Assembly (NCBI RefSeq): GCF_000143415.4
Contig: NW_003314318.1
Coordinates: 62,001 to 126,000, forward strand
Direction of reading: 5' to 3'
Length of the DNA: 64,000 nucleotides
DNA from: Selaginella moellendorffii
Taxonomy: Eukaryota; Plantae; Lycopodiophyta
The position numbers and the translations under genes are program-made. The notes beneath the pieces were generated by a model. The model had not been told where the DNA came from. It made no database searches and saw only the letters and a program-made list of their open reading frames with translations. Every line of letters begins with the position of its first letter. The stretch's first letter is position 1. Positions 1 to 13,590 of this stretch are shown in pieces.

Positions 1-1968
<1,968 letters not shown>

Positions 1969-2166
1969 TCGAGCTAGGCTAAGGTCGCAAATGCCCAGAT
2001 CGAATCGAGAAAGAGTTTTGAAGTAGTACTTGGTCCTGCCACTCTGCTTGGATTCCCTTACAAAATATCTTTCATTGTTTGTACACACGTGGACCAAAGC
2101 ATATGCTCGTGTGCCTTGGCGAATATGCCTCCACTTGAAATTAGGGCTTTTGGGGGCCAAGGGTTT

Positions 2167-3791
2167 ATGGCTTTGCGCAGCGCCGTGGCGTGTGCTCTTC
2201 CGGCATTGGCGCGCGCGGCGGCGACGGCGGCGGGCAACGGGCGCGCGCTGGCGCTCAAATCCTCGCCCTCGGCGATGCAGTCGGCCAGCATTCTCTGTAG
2301 CGGCAAAGCAGCTGTGAGTGTTTGATTCGCGAAATGTGAGTGAGCGCCACACTGACTTCGCTTCAGGACGAGCTCATGGAAGCGCTCATGTGTTTTGGAG
2401 CTACTTCTTGCAGCATTGAGGATGCAAACAAGGAAGAAGAGGAGGTAAGAAATAAATCCTTTTGTTTGGCGACAGTTCCACTCAGTTTTTGGGCTTTTTG
2501 CTTGCGTTTTTCCGTGCATAGTTTTCCATTGCCTTGCTCGAACTTTAATGATTTCTTTCTCTTCTCTTCTGTAGAAAGATGGCCCAGTTCCCTGGCAGGC
2601 TGGGGATTCGCGTAGTTTTTGGAGCAAGGTTCGTTTTGGGATATGTGATTTCTCTTTGTCTTTCTCCCTTCTGTGAAAGTCGGCCTGACTTTGTGCGCTT
2701 TACAGAGTTGCATCACAGCCATGTTCGGAGGAGACGTTGATGTCTCGGAGGTTTTTGCTCTCGCAGCTGACACGCTGGGGCTGAAAGAGGTTCCAAAGTA
2801 CGAGCTTAAAATAATCCACGAGTGCGATTGGCTGCAGCAAGTTAAGGTTGGTCTTTCTCTTCTCCTCTCCTTTTGCTTTTTTGTTTTCCCTTCTCTCTCT
2901 CTCTTCGTTTCGGCTTTTTCCTTTTCCGGGGCGTGAAGCTGACTCTCTCAGAAAAACAAAACGCAGGATTCGTTCCAACCGGTGCAAGTGCTTCCACGTT
3001 TTTGGATCGTGCCAGAGTGGTGCACGCCTCCTGTAGGTGAGCCACTTGCTGCTGGTGACAAGTAGCTACAAGGATTGTGTTTTTTGTTCCACAGGACAGT
3101 GAGGCGACCAACATCATTCTTAATCCGGGACTGGCGTTTGGCACTGGAGAGCATCCAACAACAAAGCTTTGTTTGAAATGGCTGCACAAGTCAGTGAGAA
3201 GCGGGGACAATATTCTAGACTATGGGACAGGCTCAGGCATCCTTGCGATAGCGGCATTGAAGGTAGCATTTTTTACTACTTACTCTTGTTCTTACTCTTT
3301 GTTTTTTTCTCTCTTTGGTTTTGTTTAGATGGGAGCTTCACATGCAGTCGGAGTTGACATTGATCCCATGGCAGTATCTTCCTCGGCCTCAAACGCGACG
3401 TTGAACGCTCTCGATCCACACGCATTCGAGGTTTTCATCGCTGCAGCCGACGATAAAGACGATCCCGTGCCGCATGGGCCCGGAGTTTTCGACGTCGTCG
3501 TCGCAAACATCCTTCTCAACCCGCTTCTCACTCTCGCGAAGTCCATCGCCGGCTACACAAGACCAAAAGGAAAAGTTGGCCTCTCTGGCATTATACTCGA
3601 ACAGGTAAAGCATCTCTTTTTTTTCTTCTCCTCTGCGATTTTTCTATCTTGTCTTTGATTTGATGCCAAATCCATCAACGTCTTTACAGGTTGAAAGCGT
3701 TGTGAGGACTTATTCCCCGTTCCTGCGCGATATAGAAATCAGCGACGAAGATGGCTGGGCATGTGTGTGTGGCATCCGGAAATGCGAGTGA
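2167..3791 (+). CDS. prmA: Ribosomal protein L11 methyltransferase (PrmA-like) with Ala-rich targeting peptide, multi-exon
   Basis: Exon peptides [91 protein letters not shown]; TGA at 3789-3791. Confidence 0.9.
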
Positions 3792-4152
3792 TGTAAGCTC
3801 GCTTGTCCAAGTTCTCGCTCTCTCGGCTTAAAACTCTCACAATCTTCCGATAAGGATCTACGGAGGCTTGGCAGCAAGCGAAATGACGATGCGTTTCATT
3901 TTATTCCCTCATTCGTAACACTCGCTATAAGTTAAGCCAGATTCGTTGCGTCGCGGCTTGATAGTTTTATAACAGGAAGCAAACAAAGAAGCAAAGTATC
4001 TCTAGATCTGTTTGGCGCTTTGGCCAAGTGACAAAGACGAAGATATGATGACGCTATATGGATCTTTGTTTTTGTTCACAAGGTTAAACCCCATTAGATA
4101 ATTAGAACTTAAAATAAGGCCATCTTTTAGGGTTTAGCTTTCGAGGAGGAGG

Positions 4153-4958
4153 ATGCTTTCACGAGTTTTAGGAAGGAAGTGCTCGACCAGCAATGCATTG
4201 CGGTCCTTTCAGGTGTACAGATACAATCCCCAGGATGGCAAATCACCCCACCTCCAAGACTACAAGGTTGACACCAGCAACTGCGTTATGATGCTCGATG
4301 TTTTGCTTGAGATCAAGAACAAGCACGACTCGGGTCTCACCTTCAGGCGTTCTTGTCGCGAAGGCGTGTGTGGCTCTTGCGCTATGAACATCAATGGTAA
4401 GAACTGCTTGGCCTGCCTAACAAAAGTTGGCAGGGATGAGGGTGGTATTGCCTCAACTGTGGTGTTGCCTCTGCCCCATATGTTTGTGATTAAGGACTTG
4501 GTGGTGGACATGACCCATTTCTATCAGCAATACAAGAGCATTGAGCCATGGCTGAAGACCAAACACCAAAAAGAAGATGGGCAGAGGGAGTTCTTGCAAA
4601 GCAAAGAAGAGAGAGCAAAATTGGATGGAATGTGGGAGTGCATCCTGTGTGCTTGCTGTAATACTTCTTGCCCTAGCTACTGGTGGAACACACCTACATT
4701 CCCTGGTCCAGCAATTCTGCTCCAAGCATATAAGTAAGTGCATTGCCATTCCACATTGTTTTTCTCCTACTAAATTGATTCCAAATGTTTAGAATGATTG
4801 CTGATAGCCGTGATGACTTTGCCAAGGAGCGCATGGAGGCCCTCCGGGGAGAGATGAAGATTGGAAGATGCCACACCATTCGGAATTGCTCAAATGCTTG
4901 TCCAAAAGGACTGAATCCCGCTGAAAAGATCCTACAGATCAAAGGGATGCTCGGCTAA
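4153..4958 (+). CDS. SDH2: Succinate dehydrogenase iron-sulfur subunit; one intron 4734-4792
   Basis: [39 protein letters not shown] and [18 protein letters not shown] Fe-S motifs. Confidence 0.95.
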
Positions 4959-5865
4959 AGAGTTGGAAATGTTCTTTGACCAAAAAAAAAAAAACAAAGT
5001 TTTGGGCAAAACACTTGCATTAGTCCTGATAGATTAGTTTTGATTTGCAACTTGTTTAACAGGCAGCAAACAAAGAGGCAAAGTATCTGTATAACTCTCT
5101 TTGGCTGGCATGGTCATGGGCATGCGCATGACCATAGATGGCCATGGCATGACCCTGGATAGTGATGCATGGCCATGGCCCTTTGACCATCTTTTTTTCC
5201 TCGTATTGCGTGCGTAGCCGTCGGATGCGAGGAATGGTCGAGATCTAACCAGCTGTGCCCAGCCTGTTGGCACTTCTCGTACTGTAATCTTATCCAATCT
5301 GTGTTGGTCCATTGAATTGAATCTCCTCGCGTTCTTTTTTCCACGAGCGGATAATGCGTCGAATATCCTCGGCATCGTTTAGAGCATCTATAAAGCATTT
5401 AAATATATTCACATAGTTTTCGCGATGATCGTCTTGGTTTGTTGGCTTGCCGCTGGCGATTTTCCTGTGCTTGTCAAGTAATCATCGATCGAGGCATGGT
5501 GGCGTGGTGGTCTCCTCCGAGAGAGCCACGTTTATTCATTTCTTTCCATTTTCTCTCGCCGTCGTTCTAACTCTCTCTCTTCCTGGGCGGTCTCAATCTA
5601 GAAACAATCCAGTTGGTGGTAAGTCGAGCGGCAGGAGCTCATCAATTCGCTGCTAAGGATTGACACGAACCTTTTTTCTTTGCTGTGACTTTTAGACCAT
5701 TTTCATTCCGGTAGCTCGCACGTAAGCGTCCATGGAGAGACGGGGCCTGAGGAAAGGCAAAAGTACGTTAGAAACAACTCAAACGAGAGTAAAAGCCCCG
5801 CTCAAAACAAGCAAGAAAAACGAGGAGCTTTCTCACCAGCACGACGACTTGGCGCTTGCTGCTGC

Positions 5866-8642
5866 TCATATCGAACTGGAAAGAGCGACTTGAGAGAATG
5901 AGGTCGCGAGTCCAGCTATGGAATTGATGCCGGAGCCGGACACTTTGGCCAGTCCTTGCAGCATCCTGATAACTTCCGGCGTGTCGTCAACAAAATACTT
6001 GGCCTTGCTGGGTTTTTGCCCGACTGTGCAAGCAAACAGCTCCGCCGAGTGCTGTAAAGCGATGCTCTCGAACATGTCCTCGTCAGACCTGTCGTCTCCG
6101 ACACACAAAATAAAATCCGGGGGCGTTCCCTGGCTCGCCATCGTTTGCAAGATACGTTCGACAATGATCCCCTTGCTCACTCCCTGAAAACAAGCCGACA
6201 AAAGGTTGCACTTTAGTTCCCAAAAACAAAAAAGGGATCAGCCAGGCCAGTGCAAGCAAGCAAGAAAGAAAGAAAGACACGTTTCCTGCTTACCTGTGGC
6301 TTCACCTCGACTATGTGCTGACCAGTCTTGACAGCAACCGGCTCGTTTGCCAGGACGTTCTCCAAGTGGTCGACGAGCTCCTTGGCTTGCCACGAACCAA
6401 AGTCGGGATCGGCATCTTCATGGTGCCAAACTGCAGCACTCTCTTTGGCTTCGATGAAAGAACCATCGGTGCTCTCCTTGTACTGCCGCATTATAGGCAG
6501 CACAATCTGCTTCCACTCAAACTCCGTCGCCGACACGCTCATTATCCATTCCTTGTCCCTGCACCACCTGTACAACCATCAGGCAAACGTAAGTTGTCTG
6601 CCCCGCGGTAAGATAAAGCTAAACAAAGACCTGTAGTAAAACCCGTGCTCTGCCGCAAGTCCCAACTTGTCACACGGTTCAAACCAATCGCTCAAAGTCT
6701 TCCTCTCCCGACCGCTTACGACGAACACCACGTTCCTGGGGTCATTGCACAGCGTGTTCAAAATTGCTACGACTTCTTCGCTAGGCGTCCTGTTCACCGA
6801 GGACTGGGGCACCATTGTGCCGTCGTAGTCGAGAAGTATAGCTCTGCTACCGCACCTCCTGTAAACCGACGCTATATGCTCCGCGGAAAGCTTCCTAAAG
6901 TTTGGATCCAATGCCACCACCCTGAATCCCAACCCGAATCCAATCCCGTAGCACAACCTCCTGGCATGATCCTGGCAAGTTCTCTCCAGGTCCGTCACAA
7001 AGCTCTGAGCCCAATACCCGACGTCGTGCGAGCTCACGTACTTGTAGTGCTTTTCGTGCCTTGCACACTTCTCCGCCTCCGGCATGGAGATAGCCGCGTT
7101 GAGAGCCTCTGCCAGCGCCTCTATGTTCCACGGGTTCACTCGTATGGCCCCGCTGAGTGACGGCGAGCAGCCTATAAACTCCGACACCACGAGCATGCTC
7201 CTCTTTAAAGATCGCTGACCACTAGCCTGTTGCTGCTGCTGCTGCTGCTCGTCACGAATGCCTTCTCTACAAAGAATGTACTCATACGGTATCAAGTTCA
7301 TACCGTCCCTGACGGCTGTGACGACGCAGCACTCGGAGATGGCGTAGTAAGCTGTTCGCTCGTGGAAGGGGACGTGCCTCTCGAGCAGCACGATAGGTTG
7401 GTATCCTTCCCATCCAAACGTGTCGTTCACCCGCCTGGCCACAGCATACGCCTCCTGCTGAATTTCCACGACGTCTTTACCTCTGCCCCGTGCCGGATTT
7501 GCTATCTGTATCAGCACTGCCTTGCCTCGCAGCTCCGGATGCAGCCTCAGCAGCTCCTCCATGGCTAGAAACTTGAGGCCTATCCCCTTGAAGATGTCCA
7601 TGTCGTCCACACCTAGCAGCACGATCTTCCCCTCGTGTTGAGCCCGTAGCTCCGCCAGCCGGGAAACTGCACTCTCCATTTGCAAGCCGGCTTCTATCTG
7701 TCCCTTGTGGATCCCAACAGGCATGATCTTCACCCCGACTCTCCGCCCGTAGTAGTCGAGACCAATGTACCCCCGCTTGGATTCATACTCGAGCCCCAGC
7801 ATCCGGCTACAGCACGAGAGAAAGTGCCTCGCGTAGTCGAAAGTGTGGAATCCTATCAGGTCGGAGTTGAGCAAGGCCTTGAGTATCTCGTCCCGGACAG
7901 GTAGAGTGCGGTATATCTCCGAGGATGGGAACGGGCTGTGCAGGAAAAATCCCATCTTTATCCTGTTGAAGCGCTTGCGGAGGAACGTAGGCAGCACCAT
8001 GAGGTGGTAGTCGTGGATCCAAACGTAGTCGTCGTCCGGGCATATCACTTCCATGACCTTGTCCGCAAAGATCTTGTTCACGGAAAGATAAGCCTGCCAG
8101 AGCGAGCGATCAAAGCGGCCGCCGTTGTCCGGGCTGAGAGGGAGCATGTAGTGGAAGAGCGGCCACAGGTGCTGCTTGCAAAAACCATGGTAGAACCTGG
8201 AACGGAGATGGCTCGGTAGAAATGCCGGGACGCAGTTGAAACGATCAAGGAGGCTGGCAGCCACTTCGTCCTGTTCTTGAGCCTCCACCTCGACATTCAG
8301 ACAGCCGATGTAAAGAACCTCCATGTCCTCAGGGAGGCCATCCTTGAGCCTGAGGAGGAGGGACTCCTCGTCCCAGCTAAAGTCCCAGCACAGGCTGCTG
8401 GGATTCCTCTCCGCGTTCAACGGGAGCATGTTGGCGACGATGATCGTCCGGTCCTGCGCCGTGCACGAGTTCCAGTCGGGTATCAAGCTGCTCCCGCTGT
8501 TGCCGTTGTTGTCATCCTCGTGCTGCTGGAGCTCTGCGGGAAATCCTGCCACTGTCATCACGCGTGGCATCCTGCCCCGAACAAACGGAGGCAGATCGCC
8601 AGCTGCGAGCTCCAGAAGATTGGAATAAGACTTGGACAACAT
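5866..8642 (-). CDS. TPS: Class II trehalose-6-phosphate synthase (TPS plus TPP-like domain), 3 coding exons
   Basis: Class II N-terminus MLSKSYSNLLELAAG; WIHDYHL, FLHSPFPSSEIYR, DGMNL, LDYDGT, GDDRSDEDMF motifs; introns near 6571-6631 and 6185-6293. Confidence 0.95.
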
Positions 8643-9017
8643 CCCTGCTTCTCTGCTGCTTTTGCTCCTGCTGCGACTGCTGGCTGCCGATCGACCAAGC
8701 TAAAGAATTAGGCCCGAGTACCTTGGCTGCTCTGGCGAGCGATTGCGAGCCGAAAAAATCCCTCTTTTCTTCCTGCTTTCCTGCTAGCCTGTCCCAAAAC
8801 TATCCCCAGGAGCTGTCACCGACGATCATGCTCTCGGGAAGCTAGTGATATAAGCAGAGGCGGCGCTGGAGGAGCACGATACCAACAGTAGCCGCCACAC
8901 TCTACGCCCCGTGTTCTTATCCGCCCTCCCACACATCCCGCCTGTCCTCGAAAAGACCAACCAACCGGAGCCGGAGAAGCGCCTAGCAACAGGCTTGTCT
9001 TGGCCGCAAACAAGCTC

Positions 9018-9323
9018 TCACAGCACACCACCGCAGCAGCGTTCCGGCGCCCGAAAAAACAAAAGGGAAGACCGTAGGGAGCAAAGCCCGGTGCGCTGCT
9101 ACTGCGTTTGCCGACCGACAGCGAGAATGAAGCTGGAAGGGAAAGAGCCTCGTAAGAACTTAGACCGAGAAGAATTGGATGCGATCAATGCTGAGACAAG
9201 CAAGCAATCGGGGACGACGTGGCCAGTCCGTCCTCTTTGTGTTGAACGAAGCACCAAACAAAACACAAAGCCAAAAAAAGAAAAAAAACCACTCTCTTCG
9301 TCTTCACAAATCCTCACACACAC
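9018..9323 (-). other. Candidate non-AUG upstream ORF segments in the TPS 5' leader
   Basis: VCVRICEDEE (from 9323) and RTGLCSLRSSLLFFRAPERCCGGVL* (9095-9018) lie in one frame, interrupted by a single TAG inside CAG-TAG-CAG; no AUG in that frame. Confidence 0.35.
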
Positions 9324-9689
9324 ACACCCTGCTGTTCACAACTAGGCCTAAGTAGCAAACCTCCAGGGTAGAAGAGCGAGAAAAAAACCATATTTTACAC
9401 AGCACAAGGTACGATCGCCACTGTTTGTTGCTCCTCCACGACCCAACAAATGATAAAGAATTTCTTCACGCACACAAAAGCACCGAGCAACGCAGGCAAA
9501 CCACAAGCGGCAAGAAAACGAGAAAATTTCAGCTGAAAAGGAAGGAGAAACCGACCAGACAGCGCGCGATCGTAGAATGTAGGAGCTGCCGACGACGTGG
9601 GATCGCGTCCTGGCCGCCTGGATCAAGCCAAAGACCAGCAGCCAAACCTTCTTCCTCCTCCTCCACGCTAATGCAAACAAAGAGCTTTC

Positions 9690-9875
9690 TTAAACCCTAA
9701 CCCTAATCCCCGTTTACTTCGTCCGGTTCGATTCCTGCGGGCTATCCTCATTTAATGCGTGGCGGCGGCGCATGGGCATAATGCCGTGCATGGCCCATGG
9801 CCGCATGACGTGGCGACACCCCATAAGCCGAGGCCCTTCCAGCTCACATCCGACGGACACTGTCTCGCGTGGCGC
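9690..9875 (-). promoter_or_regulatory. Putative TPS promoter: telo-box repeat and ABRE/G-box-like motifs
   Basis: AAACCCTAACCCTAA at ~9692; TGACGTGGC at ~9806; CGCGTGGC at ~9866; TGCGTGGC at ~9756. Confidence 0.4.
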
Positions 9876-11028
9876 ATCGCCGTCGGTTTCGCACATCCGT
9901 TTTTAACGGCCCAGATTGAATGCTCTCCAATAGAGAGAGTGTGTGATCCTCTCTGTTACGCAGCTGGCACTCGGTACTCTCGCTTTTATCTTTCTTGTGT
10001 GTTCTTCCTCTTTGATCCTCTGGAACCGCAAGAACGACGACTAAGAGATTAAATAGTTTGAGAAACGTGGAAAGGAAAAATATGGAGCGCTCACTCACAG
10101 ATTTGCCTGCTGCTTGCTGCGCTGTTGCTGCTCACACTGCTGCTGCTCCCAGGGCTTTCAATACATTATTCTTCATCGTGGTCGATCATTCTGCCCCACA
10201 CTTTCAAAGCATCGTGATTAAACAATCGCTTAGCAGCTGTATAAACCACCTGTGACGTTTACTGTTTCTCTATCGAGTGCTGCGAAAAGGAAAAGAAACA
10301 AACCATTAGCCTCTCCGAGGAAAGAGAGAGGCGGAGAACTAATCACCTGATTAGACGTTTCTCCGCATAGGAACCTTGTCCTGCTGGGATGCGGAACAAC
10401 TCACGTTGGTTCCCAGCTGCTCGAAGATGATTGGAAAAGAACGAAAAAAAGTAGTAGTGAAAGCAAAGCGAAAAAAAAAAAGCTTTCCTCGAGCCGAGCT
10501 TCCAGAATTTCTCTGTTGTAGTCGATCCTCCACCTGTGTTGTTGTTTCCTGTTCACTAAATAGCTTTGAGCTTGAGTGAATCAGAGTATCACTCACTCCA
10601 CGACCCGACCAGGAGCAGCTTCCCCATCCTGTTTTGATGCTAGATCCAAATGATGCCACTCATTGCCTCATCTCCACCAATTCTTTCTTAAGCTTTCGCC
10701 CGCGTCCTTTGCCTTTTGCGAACGTACCGAAAGGAAAAAAAGCACCGCATCCGCGTGCACGCCCAATCATCCTGTCCCGAAGTAGTACCCGTCACTTAAC
10801 CGGGCAAAAAGCTTCTTTGCCATAGAAAAATCGCCAGATTCGCAGCTAGTGCAAAAACTCTGATCCTCTTCGCCTTCTTGCAAACTTTCTTGCCTTCTTT
10901 CCAGGCTGACCGGATCGGTTTTCGTGCAGTCAACACTCCCAGCTATATACGAACGTTGTTGGCAGAGTCCCCCGAGATAAAAATATATCTGTCCACCGAG
11001 CAAACGAGCCAAAAACCACCTGAAGCTT

Positions 11029-13205
11029 CTAGTACCTCAGCAGCGAGTACTTGACTTTCAAGCAGATCTTTCCGTTTTCCACGTCCAGCTTCGCTCCGGT
11101 CACAATCCAATGTCCTGGCTCATCCTGGATCCCTTTGGACATCTCGTTTATGTCCACGAACTTTAATAACCTGGAACCGTGCACAGACTGCGATGGACCC
11201 CCGGAAAACACTGCCGAGTTCTGAACAAAGCGCTGGGGTTGCGCATTTTGTGGGTTGACGCTGGAGCTGAATCCAAACTGGGAGAAGAAGCCGGTGCTGG
11301 ATGACTTTTGAGACGACGCTGGCATGTGATCCCACACTGACCGCCTTATACTGCATCCAGGAACTCTCGTAAACTGGAGCCTGAGGAAAAGCACGGGCCT
11401 TGTTCTTGAGTCCGAGACCTGGAGTTGAGCGCCGGTTACAATGAAAGCACTGGCCTCGTCACCAATGCATGGCTCAACGTACTCGACTGGCGCGGTGTTG
11501 ATGTGAGAGAAGCTCTTCCACTGGACGTGTTCCAACCACCGTGGATCTTCGTCTGACCTTTTCCAGCGCGGTGCGTCGCTGTACGTGCTTGTACCCCAGT
11601 GCTGCTCAAGAATTTTCGGAAGATTGGAGAGATATTGCAAGTGAACTGATAGTCTGTTGAGACTTTTCCCCTGGATATACAAGCGCAAGCCAGTCACGGG
11701 TCGTTTGGAAACAGTTACCTGCAAAAAACAATGCGTTTGCAAGACGGTGACCAGCCGAGAGACGTACCTCGTCCGTAGCTACATGTAGCTTAGGCCCCAT
11801 GGGAGAGAATTGCAGCGCTGGTAGCTTTGCGCTGCTCGTTTGACTCGTAGAAGGATCTAAACTTGGAGACCATTGACGGGGTACTTGGAATTCTAGAAAA
11901 TATAGCAACTCGTCAATCGGAGGCTTGTCTGCAAAACCAAGGAAAGACAAGCAAGATAAGTTGATGAAACTGGACAAAACTTACAGCGGAGATAGAGATT
12001 GATGGCATGGGTCAAGAACCCTGTTCCGGGAACACCAGCCAGCAAAGCAGTTATCGGGACAAACGACATGGATACGACTTCCGGGGCGTCAGGAACCGAG
12101 AGTAACCATGGGTTGTGGTCCCTTATGGAATCTAGTCCACCTCTTCGCTTGAACTTCACCTCCACATTCTGAGCATATGCACGAAAACGTTAGAATAATC
12201 ACTAAAGAACAAATAGTCAGATGCTCACGTCGTTCGAGATGGAAATGGAGCTATAGTTGTTTATCACTTTCGAGCGGTCTATCATCGCAAATGGGTCTGC
12301 AACCTAGACAAAGAAAGAAAAAAGCACAAGATATGACCTTTCAAGGACGAGAGGCTTCTAGAAAAACATGTAGTTACCTTCTTCTTTGCTCCCTTCTTGA
12401 AAACTTTGAACCGTCTGTTACTCCTTCCACCACCATCCGCAAATCTTTGTTCGGAAATTGAATCTAGATATCGTTGAATGTCGGCCGCATTGAGTGTCGA
12501 GGATTGGTTCTGTCGGAGATAAATCACGTCCTTGCCTCCAACTTTTACGCCCGTGATTACGTGAGTTCCATATTTCTCGATAAACCTGCAGATAATGAAG
12601 GTGTAAGGAGCTCACAACAGAGATGCAAAGAGAGTAAAAACGAAGAGATAATACCTGGTGAGTTCTAAAGGCTGCCAAGTCGATGAGACAGCGTCTTTGA
12701 CTTCCTGAATGAGCCTCAAGGGCGCTTTCGTGACTTTCACTTCGTAAAGGATAGCGAAGTAGCCATCGATTGCTAGACTTTTTGTGGACAATGCATCAAC
12801 TTGCCACGGACCTTTGAGATCAAACATGGCAGTGAATAATCCCAGCGGCATTTTCCCTGCGATTCCAACGTTGTGATTAAACCTCTCGGACATCTGCAAA
12901 GAAATTTTATTTTATTTTTACATGACTTAGAAAGGAACTAGATGAAGTTCGCAAGAGCCACAAACCTGGTGAAAATCCAAAACGTCGGTCCGGAATCGCG
13001 TATTTTCTCCCTTGTCCACTTTGATGTCCTTGGAAACATTCTCCACAACCACATTCCCAGGAACAATGAGCTCGCGGGTCTCTTGATCCACGTCGATCAG
13101 GCAGCCCTTGGCGTATTCCACTTTGAGATCCAAAGTCACGTCAAATCCGCGGCCAAGCGCTCGAATTGCGGCGACGGCCTTGGCCTCCGCTCCAGCCATA
13201 ACCAT
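11029..13205 (-). CDS. MACPF domain protein (CAD1/NSL1-like), multi-exon
   Basis: AIRALGRGFDVTLDL, GKMPLGLFTAMF, FKRRGG, MSFVPITALLAGVPGTGFLTHAINLYLR, KPPIDELLYFLEFQ, GHWIVTGAKL..LKVKYSLL are plant MACPF motifs. Confidence 0.92.
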
Positions 13206-13590
13206 AGACTTGAGACGATCGATCGATACTACTTACTGCGCAAATTCGCTGGATTCCAATGCGATCGATCGCAGCCCTGAATCTTTGAGGAAAACGAGGA
13301 AGAAGAAGAAGGAAAGAAGAGAGCTTCCAAGAAACCCTAGAGCCAAGAACTGTGTTCCACCGCGACACTACTACTACCCACTCTACGAGACAAGTCAAGT
13401 CAACGCGCTGTGGAAAAGTAGATTCGAGAGGATATTCGTTTCTAGCACATTGGAATCGAGCCTTTGACCTCAAGGGAATATGCAGAGAATCTTTTCGAGC
13501 TAGAACTGGAAATGTAGGTAGCAGTCGGTGGTGGAGTTTTTCAGCACGATGAGCTCTCCTAGGGTTTTTTGGTAGCGCCTAGATTTTCGG

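Noticed and set aside
6315-8845. Antisense and alternate-frame ORFs over TPS (likewise over PLAC8 and the P450s)
   Set aside because: Expected shadows of GC-rich coding sequence.
9721-9745. tRNA T-loop-like GGTTCGATTCC
   Set aside because: The T-stem has two mismatches and no acceptor, D or anticodon arms can be built.
10080-10700. Possible miRNA precursor between TPS and MACPF
   Set aside because: Only short GCT repeats and a 6-bp stem; no long foldback and no conserved miRNA recognised.
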